Part shown: positions 57,522 to 64,000 of the stretch, piece by piece
How positions within the stretch are numbered: the first letter of the stretch is position 1
Layout of the letters: the number at the start of each line of letters is the position of its first letter
Assembly (NCBI GenBank): GCA_016196545.1
Contig: JACPXM010000020.1
Coordinates: 4,168-68,167 of the forward strand
DNA from: Candidatus Omnitrophota bacterium
GTDB lineage: Bacteria; Omnitrophota; Omnitrophia; Omnitrophales; Aquincolibacteriaceae
Reading direction: 5' to 3'
DNA length: 64,000 nucleotides
Program-made: the position numbers and the translations under genes
The notes under the pieces: model-generated
What the model was told of the DNA's origin: nothing
The model's database searches: none
What the model saw: only the letters and a program-made list of their open reading frames with translations

Positions 57522-58437
57522 AGTTACGGTTGTCGGAGCGGGATTTGTCGGCGCAACCACGGCGCAACGATTAGTCGAAAAAGATCTCGCGGATGTGGTG
57601 ATGATTGACGTGGTGGAAGGTCTTCCGCAAGGCAAGGCGCTTGATATGATGGAATCGGCGCCGATTGAAGGTTTTAAATCCAAAATTGTCGGATCGAATG
57701 ATTATAAAGACACTCAAAATTCTGATATTGTTGTTGTGACTGCAGGAATTGCGCGTAAGCCCGGAATGACTCGCGATGATTTGGTAAATACAAACGCCGG
57801 AATTGTCGGAAGCGTTGTCACTGAAGCCGTAAAATATTCTCCCAAGGCGATTTTTGTTATTGTTTCCAATCCTCTTGATGTGATGACTTACCTTGCCTGG
57901 AAAAAAACGGGACTCGATACGAAGCGCGTTTTCGGAATGGCGGGCGCGCTTGATTCCGCGCGAATGGCTTATTTTATCGCGGAGGCCGCGGGCTGTCTTC
58001 CTTCCGAAGTTGACGCCACCGTGCTCGGCGGCCACGGCGATGAAATGGTGCCTGTACCCGCGCTCACCAAAGTCAAAGGCAAGTCGATTACGGAAGTTCT
58101 CAAGGCCGACAAAATCGAGGCCATCAATCAACGCACGCGCGACGGCGGCGCGGAAATTGTGAAATACCTCAAAACCGGAAGCGCCTTCTACGCGCCATCT
58201 TCTTCCGTCGTCCGAATGGTAAGCGCGATTCTGCAGGATAAAGGAGAAGTTATTCCTTCTTGTGTTTATCTCACGGGTCAATACGGCTTAAAAGACGTTT
58301 ATTGCGGGGTCCCGGCCAAACTTGGTAAGGGAGGCGTGAAGGAAGTGGTGGAAGTGAAATTATCCCCCGCGGAAAAAGAGGCCCTCCAGAAGTCCGCAGA
58401 GCACGTGCGTGAAAACTGCGCGAAACTAAATTTATGA
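57514..58437 (+). CDS. mdh: malate dehydrogenase (LDH-like family)
   Basis: [15 protein letters not shown], and [19 protein letters not shown]. Confidence 0.85.
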   Translation: MSKVTVVGAGFVGATTAQRLVEKDLADVVMIDVVEGLPQGKALDMMESAPIEGFKSKIVGSNDYKDTQNSDIVVVTAGIARKPGMTRDDLVNTNAGIVGSVVTEAVKYSPKAIFVIVSNPLDVMTYLAWKKTGLDTKRVFGMAGALDSARMAYFIAEAAGCLPSEVDATVLGGHGDEMVPVPALTKVKGKSITEVLKADKIEAINQRTRDGGAEIVKYLKTGSAFYAPSSSVVRMVSAILQDKGEVIPSCVYLTGQYGLKDVYCGVPAKLGKGGVKEVVEVKLSPAEKEALQKSAEHVRENCAKLNL

Positions 58438-58461
58438 AAAGGATTATTTGAGATTATTAAA

Positions 58462-61263
58462 ATGAGCGGCAAGCATTTATTGAAGATTAAGGGGAAAGAT
58501 TATCACTTCTTTCGATTAGAGGTCTCTAGGAAACTTCCCTATTCCATCCGGATTCTGCTGGAGAATTTACTGCGGCATGAAGATGGAAAAGCGGTGCGGC
58601 GGGAAGATATTGAGGCGCTTGCAGCGTGGGATTCTAAACAGACATCGAATAAGGAAATTGCCTTTATCCCTGGCCGGGTGATTCTTCAGGATTTTACGGG
58701 GGTTCCCTGTGTTGTTGATCTGGCTGCGATGCGCGACAAAATCCGTGAAATGCGGGGCGACGCCAAAAAGATCAATCCGCTTGAGCCCGTGGATTTGGTG
58801 ATCGACCATTCCGTGCAAGTCGATGCCTTCGGCTCTCCGGAAGCCTTCCGTAAAAATGTGGAGCTTGAATTCCAAAGAAATAAAGAACGCTACCAATTCC
58901 TTCGCTGGGGCCAGCAGGCCTTTAGAAATTTCCGCGTGGTGCCGCCGGGAACGGGGATCGTTCATCAAGTAAATCTCGAATATCTTGCCGGTGTCATTCT
59001 CACCAAAAAAGTTGGAAACGAAACACTTCTTTATCCGGACACGCTGGTTGGAACGGATTCTCATACCACGATGATTAATGGCCTGGGCGTTCTGGGTTGG
59101 GGGGTGGGCGGCATTGAGGCCGAGGCTGCAATGCTCGGCCAGCCCATTTCCATGTTGATTCCCGAAGTCGTGGGATTTCGCTTCACCGGAAAACTACAAG
59201 AGGGTGCCACGGCAACGGATCTTGTATTGACGGTTACTGAAATGCTCCGCAAAAAAGGTGTGGTTGGAAAATTCGTGGAATTTTTTGGTCCCGGGCTGGA
59301 TCATTTGACGCTCGCCGATCGCGCGACGATTGCCAATATGGCTCCCGAATACGGGGCAACCACGGGCTATTTTCCCGTGGATGTTGAAACTATGAACTAT
59401 CTTAGATTAAGCGACCGGCAGGCAGAACACGTCGAATTAGCAGAGGCTTATTTTAAAGAACAAGGGCTTTTCCGTACTCCAAATTCTCCTGAGCCCGTTT
59501 TCTCCGACACGCTTGAATTAAACCTTTCCCAAATTGAAGCCAGTCTTGCCGGTCCCAAAAGACCCCAAGATCGAGTCGCCCTGAAAAAGGTAAAACAAAA
59601 TTTCCAAGAAACTTTAAAAACAATCATAAAAGGAAAACCGTTGCCTGAAACGGACCCGAGGCGCGTCAATCATTGGCAGGCGGAAGGCGGAAGCACGAAG
59701 CCCTTAGCTGCCCAATTGCAAAAGGAGCCGTTGGAAATTTCTGAGCCGGTTGAAATCCGGACTGAAGATCAATCTTTCAAAATCAATCATGGCTCTGTGG
59801 TGATTGCTGCCATTACAAGCTGCACGAACACATCCAATCCCGCGGTGATGATGGGCGCGGGGCTTCTTGCGAAAAAGGCAGTGGAACGTGGTCTCAACGC
59901 CAAACCTTGGGTGAAAACTTCGCTGGCCCCGGGTTCCAAAGTCGTGATGGATTATTTGGAAAAGACGGGGCTTAAGACCTATCTTGAGAAATTAAATTTT
60001 CATTTGGTAGGCTACGGATGCACCACGTGTATCGGAAATTCGGGGCCGCTTCTCGAGGAAATCGGTGCTGCGGTCAAAGAAAATGATTTATATGTTGCGG
60101 CCGTACTTTCGGGCAACCGCAATTTTGAAGGACGTGTGAACCCTTTGGTGCGCGCCAATTACCTGGCCTCACCTCCGCTTGTTGTGGCCTACGCGCTCGC
60201 GGGGACCGTCGAAAAAGACCTCACCACGGAACCGCTTGGCCAAGATTCCAAGGGAAATCCTGTTTATCTCAAAGACATTTGGCCCACACAAAAGGAAATT
60301 GAAAACGCGATGCGCGAGGTCGATGCCGCCATGTTTCGAAGACAATATGAAAATGTCTTTGACGGTGAAGAGGCCTGGCGCATCATGAAAGTTCCGACCG
60401 GCGACAATTTTCAATGGGATGAAAAATCCACCTACATCAAAAAACCCCCCTATTTTGAGGGGATGCCCCAAGCGCCTTCCGCTCTTCAGGATATTAAAAA
60501 TGCGCGCGTGCTTGTCAGGGTGGGTGATTCCGTCACAACGGATCATATTTCACCCGCAGGCTCCATTGCCAAAGACAGTCCGGCCGCAAAATATTTAATG
60601 GAGCAAGGTGTTTTGCCCAAAGATTTTAATTCTTACGGGGCCCGCCGGGGAAATCACGAAGTCATGATGCGAGGGACTTTCGCGAATACTCGACTCAAAA
60701 ATGAATTGGCCCCAGGTACGGAGGGCGGCTGGACTCGGTATTTTAATTCGCCCTCACCCCAACCCTCTCCCTCAGGGGGAAAGTTGGGTGAGGGGAATAT
60801 CTCGGTTTATGACGCGGCAGTGGAATATCAAAAACAGGCAACGCCGCTTCTTGTCATTGCGGGAAAGGAATACGGCTCAGGATCCTCCCGTGATTGGGCG
60901 GCCAAAGGCCCCGCGCTGCTTGGCGTCAAGGCCGTGATCGCGGAGAGTTTTGAACGCATTCACCGCTCGAATCTCATTGGAATGGGGATTCTTCCGCTTG
61001 AATTTGAACAAGGTCAAACGCGAAAATCATTGGGATTAACCGGGGAGGAGATTTTTTCCATCGAAGGAATTGCAAAGGATCTTGTACCCGGAAAAAAATT
61101 AGCCGTAGGGGCGCGCCCGGAACCGGGCGGGGAAAATCCCACCCCTCCATCAAAACAATTTTTCGTCAAATGCCGGATTGACACCCCGGTGGAACTTGAA
61201 TATTATCGCCACGGCGGTATCTTACAGTACGTATTAAGACAATTAATAGCAGAAAACAAATAA
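58462..61263 (+). CDS. acnA: aconitate hydratase A
   Basis: Length 933 aa. Fe-S ligand region [10 protein letters not shown] and a C-terminal [17 protein letters not shown]...[21 protein letters not shown] almost identical to E. coli AcnA (from memory). Confidence 0.9.
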   Translation: MSGKHLLKIKGKDYHFFRLEVSRKLPYSIRILLENLLRHEDGKAVRREDIEALAAWDSKQTSNKEIAFIPGRVILQDFTGVPCVVDLAAMRDKIREMRGDAKKINPLEPVDLVIDHSVQVDAFGSPEAFRKNVELEFQRNKERYQFLRWGQQAFRNFRVVPPGTGIVHQVNLEYLAGVILTKKVGNETLLYPDTLVGTDSHTTMINGLGVLGWGVGGIEAEAAMLGQPISMLIPEVVGFRFTGKLQEGATATDLVLTVTEMLRKKGVVGKFVEFFGPGLDHLTLADRATIANMAPEYGATTGYFPVDVETMNYLRLSDRQAEHVELAEAYFKEQGLFRTPNSPEPVFSDTLELNLSQIEASLAGPKRPQDRVALKKVKQNFQETLKTIIKGKPLPETDPRRVNHWQAEGGSTKPLAAQLQKEPLEISEPVEIRTEDQSFKINHGSVVIAAITSCTNTSNPAVMMGAGLLAKKAVERGLNAKPWVKTSLAPGSKVVMDYLEKTGLKTYLEKLNFHLVGYGCTTCIGNSGPLLEEIGAAVKENDLYVAAVLSGNRNFEGRVNPLVRANYLASPPLVVAYALAGTVEKDLTTEPLGQDSKGNPVYLKDIWPTQKEIENAMREVDAAMFRRQYENVFDGEEAWRIMKVPTGDNFQWDEKSTYIKKPPYFEGMPQAPSALQDIKNARVLVRVGDSVTTDHISPAGSIAKDSPAAKYLMEQGVLPKDFNSYGARRGNHEVMMRGTFANTRLKNELAPGTEGGWTRYFNSPSPQPSPSGGKLGEGNISVYDAAVEYQKQATPLLVIAGKEYGSGSSRDWAAKGPALLGVKAVIAESFERIHRSNLIGMGILPLEFEQGQTRKSLGLTGEEIFSIEGIAKDLVPGKKLAVGARPEPGGENPTPPSKQFFVKCRIDTPVELEYYRHGGILQYVLRQLIAENK
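60749..60796. repeat. GC-rich palindromic element inserted in-frame in acnA
   Basis: cgccctcaccccaaccctctccctcagggggaaagttgggtgagggg encodes [16 protein letters not shown]. The segment is absent from the corresponding E. coli AcnA stretch GGMTRHLPDSDVVSIYDAAM. Confidence 0.6.
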
Positions 61264-61341
61264 CAGAAGACAGAGAACCAATGATCGATAAAACTGTTTT
61301 TTTAATTTTTTGTTCTCTTTCCCCCTATCCTCTGAAGCGAC

Positions 61342-61971
61342 ATGGACGCAAACGACATTAAAATATCCCCCCATTTCTGGCTTAGGCGGCTTCACTCGCT
61401 TTCCGGAGTTTTCCCCATCGGCGCCTTCTTGCTGGAGCATATGTTTTCTAATGCCCTGATTATCAAAGGTCCGGCGGCCTACAATGAACAAATCGCTTTC
61501 TTAAGCGGGCTTCCGTATGTGATTTGGCTGGAAATCTTTTTCATTTATTTGCCCATTCTCTTTCACGCCTTTTATGGTTTTTATGTGATGTTTACGGGAA
61601 AAAGCAATTTGATTTGGTATCCCTATCCGGCCAATTGGATGTATTTTTTGCAGCGCGCTTCAGGCGTTATCACCTTTGTTTATGTGTTTTATCATTTTTA
61701 TCACACACGCGGTGTGAATCTTCTCTACGGGACGGAAGTGAGCTTCGCCCGTATGCAAGAGCTTATGAAAAACCCTGCAATATTTTGGTTTTATATCGTG
61801 GGTCTTTTGGCAGTGATGTTTCATTTCGCTAACGGCCTTTGGGGGTTTTTCATCAGCTGGGGCATAACGATCGGCCCTAAATCCCGCGCGGTTTCAGGCG
61901 TCCTTTGCGCCGGCCTCGGCATAACGCTTTTTGTCGTGGGCGTTAACTCCCTCATTCATTTAATCCCATGA
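61342..61971 (+). CDS. sdhC: succinate dehydrogenase cytochrome b558 subunit (Bacillus-type)
   Basis: Five predicted TM helices with His-containing segments. Directly upstream of sdhA with a 4-nt overlap. Confidence 0.7.
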   Translation: MDANDIKISPHFWLRRLHSLSGVFPIGAFLLEHMFSNALIIKGPAAYNEQIAFLSGLPYVIWLEIFFIYLPILFHAFYGFYVMFTGKSNLIWYPYPANWMYFLQRASGVITFVYVFYHFYHTRGVNLLYGTEVSFARMQELMKNPAIFWFYIVGLLAVMFHFANGLWGFFISWGITIGPKSRAVSGVLCAGLGITLFVVGVNSLIHLIP

Positions 61972-63701
61972 ACTCAAAACCTAAATTCGTAGTGGTGGGT
62001 GGCGGTTTAGCGGGATTGATGACGACCCTCAAACTTGCGGAAGCAGGCTGCCAGATTGATTTAATTTCTGTGGTGCCTTGCAAGCGTTCGCATTCGGTTT
62101 GCGCGCAGGGGGGCATCAACGCCTCGGTTAACACCAAAGGCGAGGGCGACTCTCCACAAATTCATTTCGAAGAAACCATTCTTGGCGGCGACTTTCTTGC
62201 GAATCAGCCGCTTGTGATGGAAATGTGTAAAAATGCCCCGAGCTTTGTTTATATGCTGGACCGGATGGGTGTTCAATTTAACCGCACCCCCGAGGGCCTT
62301 ATCGATTTCCGCCGGTTCGGTGGTACCAAATTTCACCGCACTGCCTTTGCCGGCGCCACCACAGGTCAGCAAATGCTTTACGCACTTGATGAGCAAGTCC
62401 GCCGCTTTGAAGTCGAAGGCAAAGTCATGCGTTTTGAGGGCTGGGAATTTCTTTCGGCAGTGATTGACGACGCCGGCGTTGGCCGTGGTGTTGTTGCGAT
62501 GAATCTCACGAATTTTGAGATTCGAGTCTTCCCTGCGGTGGCTACCGTATTTGCCACGGGCGGCTGCGGCATGATTTACGGCCGTTCCACGATGTCCATG
62601 ATTTGCACGGGCGCTGCGGCGGGCTCGCTTTTTCAGCAGGGTGTTCATTATGCCAACGGCGAATTCATTCAAGTGCATCCCACGGCGATTGCGGGCGAAG
62701 ACAAAAACCGCCTGATTTCCGAAGCCGTGCGCGGCGAAGGCGGCAGGCTTTGGACCTACAAAGAAGGCAAGCGCTGGTATTTTATGGAAGAGTGGTATCC
62801 CAAATACGGGAACCTCGTGCCCCGTGACATTGCCTCACGTGCCATTTTTAAGGTTTGCCGCGAGATGAAGCTCGGCGTGGAGGGCCAGGACATCGTCTAT
62901 TTGGATATTTCGCACATCGATTCGAAAGTCCTTCACGAAAAACTGGGGGGCATCATCGAAATCTACGAAAAATTCATGAATGAAGACCCCAGTAAAGTTC
63001 CGATGCGCGTGTTTCCTTCCGTGCATTATTCCATGGGCGGCATTTATATTGACGGAAGGCATAGGACCAATATTCCAGGACTTTGGGCGGCCGGTGAATG
63101 CGATTATCAGTATCACGGCGCAAACCGTCTGGGCGCGAATTCGCTGCTTTCCGTGCTTCAAGGCGGGCTGACTTCCGCGAAGTCCGCGCAAGAATATGCG
63201 GAAGGTCTAACATCGAGCTTGGATGCAAGTTCCAAATGGTTTGATCAGCAAGTTAAAAAAGAGGAAGCAAAAAATGACGAACTCCTTCGCCGTAAGGGCA
63301 AGGAAAATGCATATTACCTTTGGGAAGAAATGGGGAAGGTGATGACTGACAATGTTACGGTTGTGCGCCACAACAAAAACTTGGAAGCCACCGATAAAAA
63401 GCTTGTGGAATTGAAAGACCGCGCCAAAGAAATTAATGTGATGGACAATTCCAAATGGGCGAATCAAACTTTAGTCTTCACGCGACAGCTCTTAAATATG
63501 CTAGAAATTGCGCGCGTCATTACGCTCGGGGCCCTTGCCCGCAATGAAAGCCGCGGCGCTCATTACAAGCCAGATTTCCCAAATCGCGATGACGCCAATT
63601 GGCTAAAAACCACAGTCGCCAAGTACACACCCAAAGGCCCTGAGCTTTCTTACGAAGCGGTCGATACATCCCTATTGAAGCCGCGGGAGAGAAAGTATTG
63701 A
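61968..63701 (+). CDS. sdhA: succinate dehydrogenase flavoprotein subunit
   Basis: FVVVGGGLAGL...RSHSVCAQGGINA (covalent-FAD His) and HPTAI. Strong similarity to B. subtilis SdhA (from memory). Confidence 0.9.
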   Translation: MNSKPKFVVVGGGLAGLMTTLKLAEAGCQIDLISVVPCKRSHSVCAQGGINASVNTKGEGDSPQIHFEETILGGDFLANQPLVMEMCKNAPSFVYMLDRMGVQFNRTPEGLIDFRRFGGTKFHRTAFAGATTGQQMLYALDEQVRRFEVEGKVMRFEGWEFLSAVIDDAGVGRGVVAMNLTNFEIRVFPAVATVFATGGCGMIYGRSTMSMICTGAAAGSLFQQGVHYANGEFIQVHPTAIAGEDKNRLISEAVRGEGGRLWTYKEGKRWYFMEEWYPKYGNLVPRDIASRAIFKVCREMKLGVEGQDIVYLDISHIDSKVLHEKLGGIIEIYEKFMNEDPSKVPMRVFPSVHYSMGGIYIDGRHRTNIPGLWAAGECDYQYHGANRLGANSLLSVLQGGLTSAKSAQEYAEGLTSSLDASSKWFDQQVKKEEAKNDELLRRKGKENAYYLWEEMGKVMTDNVTVVRHNKNLEATDKKLVELKDRAKEINVMDNSKWANQTLVFTRQLLNMLEIARVITLGALARNESRGAHYKPDFPNRDDANWLKTTVAKYTPKGPELSYEAVDTSLLKPRERKY

Positions 63702-63749
63702 GCCATTCTAACGAAGAAGAAAGAAACAATATCGATCCGTTAAAAAGCG

Positions 63750-64000
63750 CCATGGAAAGAGGTAGAATTTTTGGCATTGGCGCCACGGGGAAATATAAGA
63801 AGAAACCGATTGTACGTATAGGTTTTTGTATTTTAGCGATTCCGTTATTGGCTGCTGGATTTCGTTTTTCAGTCATTGTATTCAGAGCATTCCCCCTTCA
63901 AGGTGCTGAAGAAAGTTTGGCAACATTATGGATTGGTGTTCTGGCAGCGGGCTCAACACTATTGGCATTAGCATTCGTTGTTAATGCGATAAGAAAATAA
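63750..64000 (+). CDS. small hydrophobic membrane protein of unknown function
   Basis: ORF with two predicted TM segments. The ATG at 63750 or a TTG at 63698. It ends at the window edge, and its local GC is lower than the flanks. Confidence 0.3.

Noticed and set aside
57571-58281. 236-aa minus-strand ORF antisense to mdh. Similar long antisense ORFs include 62061-62678 inside sdhA, 47815-48345 inside the GAF gene, 2181-2708 inside the GDPD gene and 1033-1455 opposite cobO.
   Set aside because: Each lies wholly inside a gene with strong family motifs on the other strand and has no recognisable motifs itself. They are low-complexity R/G/H-rich, which is typical of spurious antisense frames.
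1-64000. CRISPR arrays, tRNA or rRNA genes, integrase or transposase genes.
   Set aside because: There are no direct repeats with regular spacing. No intergenic region is long enough and GC-balanced enough to hold a tRNA. No recombinase-like ORF was seen. This also weakens the genomic-island reading of the 18-nt direct repeats.

Overview
This 64-kb window comes from a bacterial chromosome of moderate GC content; I cannot assign a phylum from the sequence. The order of content is as follows. Housekeeping genes occupy 1-4700. A very large surface-polysaccharide locus, about 38 kb and roughly 35 genes all on one strand, runs from 4936 to 43143. A short cluster follows at 43170-48519: a minus-strand gcvT-family/mutY pair, then a radical SAM gene, a secreted coiled-coil protein and a GAF-domain protein on the plus strand. 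A GldA/GldF-GldG-like ABC transporter with a DUF4340-like gene sits at 48633-53301. An alpha/beta hydrolase, an LhgO-like oxidoreductase and suhB (minus strand) occupy 53301-56334, followed by a TCA block of icd-mdh-acnA-sdhC-sdhA that runs to the window end. The polysaccharide locus is headed by a NusG/RfaH/UpxY-type antiterminator paralog. It encodes about 14 glycosyltransferases and 5 SAM methyltransferases. It also holds two tandem sulfotransferases (PAPS-loop motif GxxRSGTS), a NodU/CmcH-type carbamoyltransferase, two CE4 deacetylases, and a GNAT and an SGNH acyl-modifying enzyme. An MsbA/PglK-type ABC exporter is flanked by two paralogous unknown genes. There are two putative HP-motif GT-B proteins that resemble KpsC/KpsS, a Wzy-like polymerase, and an initiating polyprenyl-phosphate sugar transferase at the distal end. 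I rate this heavily decorated (methylated, sulfated, carbamoylated, possibly acylated) glycan pathway as the most likely undescribed system in the window. A separate signal is a family of GC-rich poly-C/poly-G palindromic elements. Copies lie in intergenic regions (45461-45570, 48520-48576, 47488-47654). Apparent in-frame insertions also lie within the conserved genes acnA and the lhgO-like gene. All calls rest on motif recognition by eye and nothing was searched, so gene-start positions are approximate.
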